A stretch of DNA of 59,439 nt from Catajapyx aquilonaris (lineage: Eukaryota), in assembly GCA_000934665.2 (NCBI GenBank), contig KZ538604.1, forward strand, positions 1 through 59,439, given 5' to 3'. The notes under the pieces are model-generated. The model was not told the origin of the DNA. It did no database searches and worked only from the letters and a program-made list of their open reading frames with translations. This document shows, one piece after another, positions 25,601 to 36,872 of this stretch. Within the stretch, counting starts at the first letter, position 1; each line of letters starts with the position of its first letter. The position numbers were made by a program, and so were the translations under genes.

Positions 25601-25950
25601 AATCAGATCCACTCTACATACATAATGGCTGTTGGTGAGACGCAGATTTCCTGTGAGGGGTCATCACTGAAAGTCAACAAGTTTGGCAACGTGCATAACT
25701 TTTATTTTCCAACCCAACAATTCGGTTACACATTTCGAACGGTTCTTTCCCTTTAATAGATGTCTAACACAGGTTCAAATACTTGCATTATTGCACTGAA
25801 TCAGTGGCTTTCATTTGTACAACAAACTGGTTTAGCTCAGGTAACAATACAAAATTAGATTTGATTACATCAATGACTTTCACATTGCATAGGAAAGCAG
25901 ACAGGTGCAGCCTTTAAAAAAATCAGAATTCCATGCTTGATGCTACCCTA

Positions 25951-28900
25951 TTAGGAAGATGCCACTGAAAAGCGGTATACAACATTGTGTGAGTAGACAA
26001 CACCAGGAGCAACAATGCTCTCAGGGAAATTGGCCTGAAACAGTGTAAATAAATACAATAATTAGAATTTTAATAGCATTTCAACAGATCATATTGGAAA
26101 TGCATACGTACCAAATTCACAGCATTTGGGTAGTTTTGTGTTTCTAAACAAAATGCTCCGTGCTTGTGGTAATAAACTTTCCCTTTGCCTGGCATAGAAT
26201 CCTCAGTTGGAAAGTAGTTACTGGTGTATAGCTGAACTCCAGGCTGGTCAGAATATACCTCTAGAACCCGGCCTGATGGTGGGTGATGTACTCTACAATA
26301 ACGAAATTACATATTAAATTTTCAAAACAATGAAAAAAAAACCTGCAATGAAGTCCTTATTTTTTCAAAACAATAGCATCAAGGTATCAATGCACATGTA
26401 CAGTACCGCTCATAAAGAATGGTACGACTCTGTGGACAAATTGTTTATTCTGTTCCCAACCCCTGGGTCACCAGCATGTTTTTAGGGGTCATAAGGAAGG
26501 CTGGGAAAAGGCAATTAAAATCAAGAAAATAAGAGAAGAAAAAACAAGGCAAAGTAAGAAAATTTAAGGGGAGAAATTCATCTCAAATCTATGTAAGCAT
26601 TGTATCATCAGTCCAAAAAGAATTGTCCCTTGCGTCGAGCGGGCAGCCACGCATCAGGATGAAAGGAACCAGTTAACTGGTTGCTTTCATCCTGACGCGT
26701 GGCTGCCTGCTCGACGCGAGGGACAATTCTTTTTGAACCGTTGATACCAGGTTGAACATTTCGGTAATAAATTTTTTTGGAAAAATTCGGGAGGAGGTCA
26801 TATGGGTCGCCAGATATCTAGGCCAAGTTGTCCATAGTGTCGCGATGAAATCAGGTTGGGAATAATGCTGGATAGTCAGAATAAACACGTCGTCTAGAGT
26901 CGTACCATTCTTTATGAGCGGGACTGTACCAGTACTCATACAAGATGTTTCATAACACCTCCAAGAAACTTTTATGGTAAACACCTGATTACCAGAGGAT
27001 CACCACTTTATGTAGAGGTGTCATTTGTTCATTGCAGTGTCTTGACTAAGAAAAGTGACTTTTTATCATTTAGTATAGCATATCCTGGAAGGTTTGCATC
27101 TCACCACCCACAGGGGATGTCTGAATCATTTTCTGTGACCAACTGGTACAATAAGTGAGGGATCAGCAGTGCAAATTAACACTGCATGGTTACATCTGCA
27201 CAACAAATTTAATTATTATCATCAGAGTAATTTTTGAAAAGGGAAACATGTGCAGCAAGGGTAGAAGGGCCCATCAAGACAGGACATAATTAAGACATTT
27301 TCGCCCTTTTATGATGTCCTGTACAGGCGCGCAGGCAGAAAATTTTTCGGAGGGGGCCCCATTTCATAAGCACAAGGTGAACAAGCCGTAAAGGGCAGGC
27401 GAAGGGGAGGGGGGGGGGGGGGGTCGNGAGCTTATGTGAATGTGGGAGATTTGAATGGATGTGTATTTGATGAAATTGATAGCACTTTTTCCAAAAAATC
27501 ATGAATTAGTAATTTATAATGCTATTTCAAACTGTCCTGTATATCGTCGTGGTCCGGACAAAATTGCGGCGCAGTCCGCCAGTTGAATAGCCCTGCACTA
27601 TTGCAATAGCTAAAAAATTCTACCATCAGTGCCAAATTGTAGAGTAAGTTGCACTATGAGCTTGATGCACTATCACGAACACTGCTGAAACAGTCATCCA
27701 AAATGTCCTCCTCAATACTTGTGGCTTGCACACTGCATGGTATTCATGATTCACATTGTAGTTCATGCAGCTGAGCTCCATGTAGTTATAAACTGTTGCT
27801 TCACTTTATCACTCCAAGTAAAAATTAATGCATGTGGATGTCTGCAACTGTCAAATGCATACCCAGCTGATCAAGACACTGAGGTGGGTCATGATCAAGC
27901 CAAGGTTACACAATTGTGTACTGGCAAGTGGTAGGTGTACTCCACATGTGGTCAGACACAAACCTTCCATGATGTGCTATGCTACATATTAAAAGCACAT
28001 TATCTCCCTAACTAGGCTGTAGAGACCAAATGACTCCCCTATCTAAAATGAGCCTCTTGTCCACAGGATATCATTCTATACATGTTGGTCGGAAAAATTA
28101 TGAACATCCTGTAGAATCTGCCTGAAAAAGTTACCTCCTTTTCCAGTCATGGGTTATATTGAGTAATCCTTGTACAAGTTGTTCAAGCAACAAAGAGTTC
28201 CTAGCACCAAATACAGAACATATTGATTGATCCACTCCATCAGTTACATCAATGCAATGGTTTGTTCTATTTGGTCAGTCAATTACACATGTATTCCACA
28301 TAGTAAGAAAACAAGCCGAACCTAGAAACAAATCGCTTTCCTTGCCCCTCATCACCATTGATGCAATAGTTGACATCATAACCGCCACCAGGAACCTCAT
28401 TGATGACATCTCCCAAGCAGCGTGGGATCCTCAAGTCATAAATAGTTCCTCCCACAGACTTGATCTCTCCTAAAATGATGGACTCAATATAGTTACATAA
28501 GAAAATATTGCTTCATTATGTAACTATTGTTTTACCTGTGGCAATAAACTCTTCATTGAGAGGAGTATATTTATCTGCATTGATAGATATCATATGTTCA
28601 TAAATGCCAGCTAATCCTGATGCCTGTGGAAGAGAAATAAGGAATATTACATTAATGTAGTCTCTGGTAAACTAGGGGTCTCTCAGTTTGTCTGCTAAGC
28701 CAGATGACCTCCCAGCGTAAATGAAATAGAGGTACCCTGCAAGGAAGGACTTTCGTAATAGGAGACCGAATGTGGCAGGGGTAGGGGCACACTGCGCCCA
28801 CCTACCCCATGACCTAACCTTTCTTCCCGGCAGTACACATTTATCCTTCAGCAGATACACGCCTAGGAGAGTAGGTAAAAGTGCGGGGTCTCCCGATACG

Positions 28901-31900
28901 AAAGCGTAGCCAGCCTGAAATTACCACACTAAGACATAAGCCAGCTGCTTGTCACATGTCAAGTACTATATCGCTCAAAAAGATAGAGACGATTGGCATT
29001 TGATTCAAGTGCAAGTTGCACTTGAGTCAAATGCAAAATCGTCTCTATCTTTTTGGGCGATATAGTACCTGGCCAAGTGAAATGGAGGGCTTCCCATGCC
29101 AGTGCCCAATTCATTATCTGCCTAATATATTGTTGTGGACACGTCCTTTTCTTATTGTAGCCAGTCAGTACTTCTTCTTCACAGTAATACAGCTCCTCTA
29201 TCATTTGGGCAATTTTGCACTCTGACTAATAGAAATTGTCACCATGTGTAGTTGGTACATTGGCACTGACAGGAAAAAGGAAAAAGCACATGTCTCCAAT
29301 TAAGTCCAATAGTACCCTGTTACCGTAGTGCAGTAGTCCCAACCTTTTCCGGGTCGCGACCCCACCCCCACTCTGCCCCCTCCCCCTCCGAGTGTTAGTA
29401 GGTGTTGAAAGAAACCTTCGTAATGAAATTTCCTAGAAAATTTATTTTAGTTATTTTTTCATTTAAAAATAATCGCAGCGACGCGCAACCCCCTGGAAAA
29501 GGCTTCGCGACCCCCACAGGGGTCACGACCCACAGGTTGGGAACCACTGTCTTAGTGTAAAAGTCATAATTCCCCATTTATGGACTGGAATTAGTTACTT
29601 TGTGGGTGGCATCACCAGCTTAACATGACAGCCCTGACGTTTCAGGGTTCCCTATAGTAATGTTTGCCAGCTGTTATTTTCACAAGTACAGTAAAACTTC
29701 TATAAGTTGAACTTCCCTACGCCGAAGTTCTCTATAAGTTGAAGAAAATGATGAGCTTGGTTGGTCACAATGTAAAATAATAGGAAATAAACTTCCCTAA
29801 CTCGAATTTTTCTATAACTTGAAGTGCAGGCAGGGCCTTACGATGGGATATCAATGCATTTTGAGTCTCCCTAAGTCGAAGGTCATGTTGGCGTGTATGG
29901 AAAATTTTCTCATTTCCCAGCCGAAGGGTCGAGAGTAGGCCACATGTACAGAAAGGCTCGATTTCCTGATCTCCGTCTACCAGACGCACCGAAAGAAGTA
30001 TTTGACTCAATTGTGCCAATTGAATCTAAGAGTAGGCAAATGTCCATAACGGAGTTTTTTTTTACATAAAATCAACGAGGAACATTGTAAGTGTGATAGT
30101 GACAGTTATTTTTAAGTTTTGAACACCTTTCGTCACAGGATATGAAGGTAGGCTTCCTTATAGAGTTATGTGCTTAAAAAATTCCAACCTTCTCTAACTC
30201 GAATCTTCTATAACTCGAAGTTTTTTCCCGGTCCCATGGAGATTCGACTTATAGAAGTTTTACTGTATCACATTATGGTTTGTTCACTGCATATTAAAAA
30301 CTGAATCATAACTGTTAAAACTCTATTCAAGCAGTGTAAGATAGTTTTATGAAAAACATCTATCGCACAGTAGTTCAATAAAAATATCATGGGACACCTA
30401 GAATGTCATTTCTGAGTGTCTGGGGTCGGTAGTGAAATCAGAAGCTGGCAAGGACGAAAGGAAGGATATCAAATTCCTTTATAATGCCTCATAAGACGTA
30501 AGTAAATCTCCAGGCAAGAGACCCCAAGAAAAAAAACCTGTATCTCATGAAAATGGAAATTCGGGAACTTTTTCACTTTTCCCAAATCTTTCAAGGCCAA
30601 TTATAATATGATACGGGTACAGTGTTGGACATTAATCGAGTCATACTGCTAGCAACATTTTCCGAAGCGGCATAAGAAAGAATCGAAGATATGGATAGTG
30701 CAAGCCATGCGAGCAAGATTCGTTCTTCTGCTGCTTCAGAAAATGTCGCTAGCAGTATGACTCGATTAATGTCCAACACTGTACAGAGGTACAGTACACC
30801 CTTTATCTTCCATAGCAACAAGCTGTATTAGTACCAGTAATACAAGTGCCAAAATGAAGTCTTATCCCTCAAACACTTGAACTATTTGAAAGGTCTTTGT
30901 ATTCAATTAACACTATCAGAATACTGAATATACAGGGTGTTCCAAGTTGGGGGTCGTTTTTATTTATCACTAATATAACGCCTGAAATATTTATTTTTGT
31001 GTAGCTTGTTGGCCCATATCCAGGTGCCCGAATACTCCCAGGTGGTCAAATGTAGCAGTTGCTATAAAATAGGGCGCCTGGATAAGGGGCACAACATGCT
31101 ACACAAAAATAATTGCTTCAAGCGAAATTGCCTATAACTAAAAGTACTAATATACTTGGAACACCCTGTATACAACCAATGAAGGTTCAGGCAATAAAAA
31201 ATGTAGGGGTGCAAAATGGAAGGAGAACAATTATTAATACACAAAAGCCAGACAAATGTCTTCACTGCATGTGTTCATGCAGTTATAAGAATTGAGAAGA
31301 TGAGAAATGGTGCAAAAGAACAAAATTAGAAGAAAATGTAGAGATGAAAAATTCTCAACAGCACCTATAATAACTGCAAACTGTTTAAACCTGTTAGCAG
31401 TTGGTTAGGTCCTAGCACGTTTTTCCAGGTTTGCTTAGGGGTGTGGTTTTGCAATTTTATATCATTTTAACCCTTTGTCTCCCACGACCATGTTGGTTGT
31501 ATGACCAAACAATTGTTTAAAAAATTCACTGGTATAACTCTGACTGAAATTTCTTTCACCATAGCCTCAGGAAATGTTCATAGTTTCCATGTTCATGAGT
31601 ATTTATGCCACTGGCCTGATATTTTTAATGGCATGACGTCATAGGCCAAAGGTCTCATTCATAGTAAACAAACACCTACTGTACGAATTTAAATACACAC
31701 TAGAAAAACCCTCGCTTTGCTCGGATTTTTCTATGGTGCAGGCCCAGAAAACCACTTGCTTCGCTCGCTTTTTTCTAGTTTAAATACACACAGCTCCCTG
31801 CCTGATATTTCCCGGTAAGTGGACGTGCAGCTGAAAACCATATTTAAAATCCCGAAATTCTGTGACTTACTTTTCGCCGGGGAAAAAAATCAGAACGACC

Positions 31901-34900
31901 TGTGAAGGGTAGGCAAACTCCCTTGCCGCCATTTCGGTTGTAAAAAGTGATCTCGCTCCTAATTGGCTGGGCGGACTGCTCCGAGCTCTAGGCAGTACTC
32001 GCTTGCCACCTGAGCCACCTTTTTTTCCACCTGGTGGATCACATTACCTCCTTTTAAACTGGACCTTTAAAAAATTTTTAACAGACACTTAATGTTTTCA
32101 TAATTCATCAGAGGGACTGGGCAATCATATAAAATTATCTTAGATTTTTTCGAGGCGTGAAAGCTGCCTTTAAAACACCCCGTAGATGTCGCAATGGGAT
32201 GACATCACCTTCTTGTGCATAGCATATGAGGCAGTGTATGGCTCTCTCAAGATGCAACTCAGGTTTGTAGGTCTCGGATGCTTCAGCCCCCTTTTGTGCA
32301 TGAATCAAGAGCGAAACCAATGGTGCCAGATCCAGTGATTTTCACCTAGGGCGCTATTTTTATACTCCCCACCGAAAGAGTGCATAATCAAGCAGGAGAC
32401 AAAGGGTTAAACTGGCCCTCAAACTGCCCACAGACAGTGATAGAAACTTATAACAATTTCTATTTCAAGTTTTCTAATGATAGTTGATGATTTTTGAATT
32501 GTATATTGTTCACTGAAACTGACATTCTCAATGAAGTAAATGATTGTGCAGTACTAGTTGCACAGTGCATGATATCCTTTACATGGGATATTACCATGGA
32601 AGCACATTACCCTGTATAACATGTGTTCCACAAAATTAGTTTCAATTACTGATTTTTCCACACTAAGCTGCTTATTATTACGTAGTTACTTTCAGGGGCT
32701 ATTGACTATATTGGCTCATATCCGTACTAGTGACCAGTGTATAGCTGAACTGTCACACCCCATCCCAGTAATTATATTCTCCAATTGTAAGAGAGGAACC
32801 ATTCAGCCAGTGTGATCAACTGGAGAGGCAGGAGAAGAGGTCTTGGGTTCCTGTGCGCCCTGCAGCCTCCTTATCGTAGAATCCTGCCCTGTGTAACATT
32901 CCAGCCAATTAGACAGACAAATATGTTTCTTCCTTTTCCATATTTGAGAATAAAGTCACCTGGCACATGCACGGGTATCACTTCACAGTACTGGGCCAGA
33001 AGTAGTGCGGAACCTTCCATTTAACTAATTTCAACTTAATAAACAAGATTCAGCTGAAAATCTTTGTCCCAAATATGGCTACAATAATTGAGGCGCTCAG
33101 AGGAAAAACGGCACATCCCAACCAACCTCCGATTTTGAGATTGTAGTGCTTTTGAAGCCTTTTTCGTAAAAACAACATATGTCAAAAGTGGTCGAAAACG
33201 AGTTATGGCCACCACCGCTTAGTTCCAAGCCTTGCGCTCTAAATGGTGCAATCGAAACGCAAAAAAGACAGTTGTCAAGGGAGAAAACCAATGTAGAAAA
33301 AATGCCCCTTACGCAAGAACAGCAGACCAGAGAATGTTTTTTTGTGTCTCCTGAAAAGTTCAATTTTTTGACATATGTTGTTTTTACGAAAAAGGCTTCT
33401 TTTGTACTCTCCTGTCATCTACCTTTCATGTGCTGAAGTCCCAAATGAATTGGGGTATGCCAAAGCTCACACATTCCACTTGTAAAATTGGTCCACAATA
33501 GAAAATCCTATTCTCTTGCAACACAAAAAGCCATTTATCTCAAAATGAACTCCGGTTGGGATATGCCGTTTTCCTCTGAGCGCCTCAATTGAAATAAGGT
33601 TATGAAAGAGTTTCTATGTCTTTATAGAGGTATAATAAAGTTGAAAAACTGCAAAATAGCAATTCAAATGCAAAAGATCCCTTCCCAGATCAATTTTAGC
33701 ACTGTGAACCATAATTTTTAGTGATAATTCTACCTAATAATATCAGAAGGAAAAGTTGGAACTCAGTTTTTTCCTGCCGGGTTTTTGAGTGATGAAAATG
33801 ACCATTTAAAATTCAAAAAATTTCAACATTTTCAACATTCATATCGCCACAAGAGGAAATTGGAAGGTTTAGAAATTTTTATTCCAATTTTTCCACAAAT
33901 GGTAGATCATGCCCAATACACTAAAACTCTGATATTCAATTAAATTCATGGGCAAGCAGTTGTAATAGCACATCATAACACCCTACGTCAGGGTTTCTCA
34001 ACCTTCATTCCCGTGCGGAACCCTTAATATAATATTGAAGTCTCAGGGAACCCATACATGAAAATTATTATATATTAATTAATGGCCCAAAAAACATTTA
34101 CATACAGTATGATAAACTTATTCATCCCTATTTCTCATGGAACCCCAGTTGAGAAACCCTGCCCTACATGAAGGGGTGCCACATTGTGTTACCAGCTTCT
34201 GGAACAGATTACCTGCCACACAACAGGTCATACCCCACTCAGCTTAATGCAGCTCCCATGTATAGAAGAAAGTGGATGGGAGCTTACTTATGAAGCTGAG
34301 TGGAACACGTCTTCAAGATCAAAATGAAATGTTGACTGACTGAAGGGAAATGTGACATTTCCATTGCCAGTAAAGCAACTTTACATCTGTACAATATTGC
34401 ATCAAGTTCTTCATAGCATGCTTACAAGTGACCCAAATGTCACTAATGCATAGCCCTCAAGTTCTTGTCATGGAAATTGGCTGAAGAATACCTTGCAATT
34501 TTAATTCGTAAGAGACTTTCCCTATACCATGAATTAAAATACATCCCATGCTGAATAAGAGAAACCAAAATGTGGGAACTATACGCACGTGTCCAGCCAA
34601 ATTGAAATATGCATGATTGGTTAAGTTGACTGGCGTTGGTTTGGTGGCAGTGGCCTTAAACTCAAGTATAAGCTCATTCCCTGGTGTCAACTGGTATGTT
34701 GCATGTGCCATGACTTCTCCTGGATATCCTTCTTCCCCATCCTTGCTCAGGTAGGACATGGTAACTTTGGTGCCCTCCACATGTGACTCCCAAATGGCCT
34801 TATCGAATCCTTTCAGTCCCCCATGGAGGTGGTTATTCCCCACATTCTTGGTTAGGTGATAGCAATTATCGCCAATGTTGAAGGTTGCATTTCCAATCCG

Positions 34901-36096
34901 GTTAGCCACCCGGCCCACAACAGCACCCATGTAAGGGTTTTCACCTTTCAAGCCACGGTAACCTGAGTGAGAAAGACAGGCAACTGAATATTCACAAGTG
35001 ACATCCAGTATTAACCATATGTAATATGATAAGGAAGTGTTTGATGCATTATTATTACAATGGTATACCTTACATTCAATAAACCACATGCAGCTGACAA
35101 TAATGCCTTGTCATTGGGTAGAATGATGGTCCAGGGACGTGAAGGAGATAAAATAACAAAATCTTACTCTTGAATTCATGTACCAGTAATTAAAAATCAA
35201 GTTACCTTACAATTCTAACTGTACAGGATCTGTTCAAGAAACACTTTTGATGAGGATTGCAACAATTTTTAGTGAGGACTGTTCTTCCTAGTTTTAGATG
35301 GAATTGTGAAACCAGTTCTTTCCCTACTCAACTGTGACGCTTAGCTTTGCAAATAGTGAATTTGCAACTCATTTCAGGTTAAAATGGCCATACAATAAGT
35401 TAGGGGATTCTGGCCGATTTATATTTAATGTCTAGGGTTGCATATTATTTGAAATGCATTGCGAATGTGAGTTGTGAACTCGTTTATGTACCGGTACCAT
35501 TAATTATTTATACGTTATTGTTTCAGAATTAGTTACACCTGTATCAGTATCACACATGTGGTGGAGTCTCCAGTCATGTTAGTATTCCTGTACTGCCAAA
35601 TTTTAGTCAGCTAGAAGAACTGAATATGCATTACCCCACATGCATCTCTCGCATCTTTTCCTTTCCCCTCTTGGGCACCAACAGGACTAGTGGGTGTGTG
35701 CAACATGACGTAAGTTTAATTCTGAAACACAGTAATGCACTGTGCAAACTGATTTGCATCATGCATTGTCGAACCCATATGTGAATCTATCCCCAGGTCT
35801 CATCATGCATGCAATCAAGTATCTTGTCAATGACAGAAAGCAATTCTCCAACTACAACTTCACAATATACACCATTTACCATCCAAATCATCAAATCCAC
35901 AGACGACATCATCCCCCTTCCCATCCTTGTCTGGCACCTGGATGGAAGTTATGGCGGCTCCATACGTGATAATTTGTATGGTCATGCCATTTCTATTGGA
36001 AAGCGTAAACCGTCGTATGGGCTCACATATTCCCTGCTCCTTATCTTTCAGGCATCCAAAGCTGTCCTCCACAAGTTCAATCTCCGAGTTATTCAT
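25951..36096 (-). CDS. GALM: Galactose mutarotase / aldose 1-epimerase (363 aa); exons 36096-35880, 34962-34589, 28623-28536, 28469-28322, 26292-26112, 26034-25951
   Basis: Motifs GAVVGRVANRI, NHLHGG, EEGYPG, TPVNLTNHAYFNLAG, QPGVQLYT, FCLETQNYP. All introns GT-AG and in phase. Confidence 0.96.
26401..26926. mobile_element. Tc1-like MITE with a central ~130-bp near-perfect palindrome
   Basis: TA-CAGTACCGCTCATAAAGAATGGTACGACTCT ... AGAGTCGTACCATTCTTTATGAGCGGGACTG-TA. Internal palindrome ~26610-26735 centred on CCAGTTAACTGG. Confidence 0.85.
28958..29073. repeat. ~115-bp near-perfect palindrome (foldback MITE-like)
   Basis: GTACTATATCGCTCAAAAAGATAGAGACGATT...CAAGTGCAA-G-TTGCACTTG...AATCGTCTCTATCTTTTTGGGCGATATAGTAC. 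Confidence 0.85.
29331..29549. mobile_element. hAT (Charlie-like) MITE
   Basis: CAGTAGTCCCAACC ... GGTTGGGAACCACTG, with degenerate 8-bp TSD CCGTAGTG/TCTTAGTG. Confidence 0.8.
29689..30265. mobile_element. Tigger/pogo-like MITE
   Basis: TA-CAGTAAAACTTCTATAAGTTGAA ... TTCGACTTATAGAAGTTTTACTG-TA, with internal TCTATAACTCGAA repeats. Confidence 0.85.
30620..30781. mobile_element. Tc1-like hairpin MITE (162 bp)
   Basis: TA-CAGTGTTGGACATTAATCGAGTCATACTGCTAGC ... GCTAGCAGTATGACTCGATTAATGTCCAACACTG-TA; almost wholly self-complementary. Confidence 0.9.
30933..31168. mobile_element. mariner-type MITE
   Basis: TA-CAGGGTGTTCCAAGT ... ACTTGGAACACCCTG-TA. Confidence 0.8.
31471..32406. mobile_element. 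piggyBac-type non-autonomous element
   Basis: TTAA-CCCTTTGTCTCC ... GGAGACAAAGGG-TTAA. Confidence 0.85.
31700..31778. mobile_element. 79-bp mini-element nested in the piggyBac MITE
   Basis: CTAGAAAAA ... TTTTTCTAG flanked by direct repeat TTTAAATACACA (31688-31699, 31779-31790). Confidence 0.65.
33090..33586. mobile_element. Sola-like non-autonomous DNA transposon
   Basis: AATT-GAGGCGCTCAGAGGAAAAACGGCACATCCCAACC ... GGTTGGGATATGCCGTTTTCCTCTGAGCGCCTC-AATT; 4-bp TSD and GAG termini. Confidence 0.75.
33989..34161. mobile_element. hAT MITE
   Basis: CAGGGTTTCTCAAC ... GTTGAGAAACCCTG, with 8-bp TSD CCCTACGT/CCCTACAT. Confidence 0.85.
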
Positions 36097-36436
36097 TATG
36101 AGAAATCAATCTACCTGCAACAAAGAGAATGTTGAATCAGTAATTCTGGTTCTTAACCCTTAAATGCGCAACATTCCAGAATTCGACTTCCATATTAATT
36201 GCTGCCATAAATTACTAACACATTATGAATCCATCTGTGGCATGCGGACTGCAACTTGCACATACACTAAGAATTACTATAATATTTACAGACACCTGAA
36301 CAAGTCTGAGGCTAAGGTACTGCCCGAGAGATCCACTGTATGAATTTCAGACTGTGACACTTGAGGCCTACTGTGAAAACAAAACCCATTTCATTTACAC
36401 AACATATGCACCGGTATCGCATAAAGAATTGGAAGT

Positions 36437-36872
36437 TACCCAGATTGTGTATTCAAAATTCCAATACAGTACAACTAAGGATTGCCCAGTGCTGCCAGCT
36501 ACAGGCTCATAAGGCTAACGAAACACCACGAAGATCCCATGTCTACTACATCCTTGTGCTCAACAGCACTCAAACAAAAGCATAAATACGTGCTCGAAAA
36601 TTGTACGGTTTATGACCACCAGCAGTCGAGGTTCGTACCGCAAAGTCCAGACGAAGTGTGTACGGACCAGAGAGTCGAAAAACAGCTGTTTAATTCTTGG
36701 CAGGTGCACGTAGACAGACCCGCGCCGCCTTTGAGCTGTCAGAAGGAGCCTAGGGAAGGCGGGTGGCAGGGTGCTAGTGGAGGATAGACAAACGAGATTC
36801 GTGGGGCGCTACGGAAAGTCACGTGGCAACGTGGGCGCCATCTAGCTCCTGTTTCCTCACCGGGCGGGAAGG
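36437..36872. promoter_or_regulatory. Probable bidirectional promoter of GALM and GDPGP1
   Basis: Divergent start codons 36096 and 36873. CpG-rich segment with E-box GTCACGTG (36818-36825) and GC box GGGCGG. Confidence 0.6.

Noticed and set aside
30591..30821. ORF with internally repeated peptide
   Set aside because: Artefact of the palindromic MITE.
36818..36836. Carbohydrate response element (ChoRE)
   Set aside because: The two E-box-like hexamers are 2 nt apart, not the required 5 nt.
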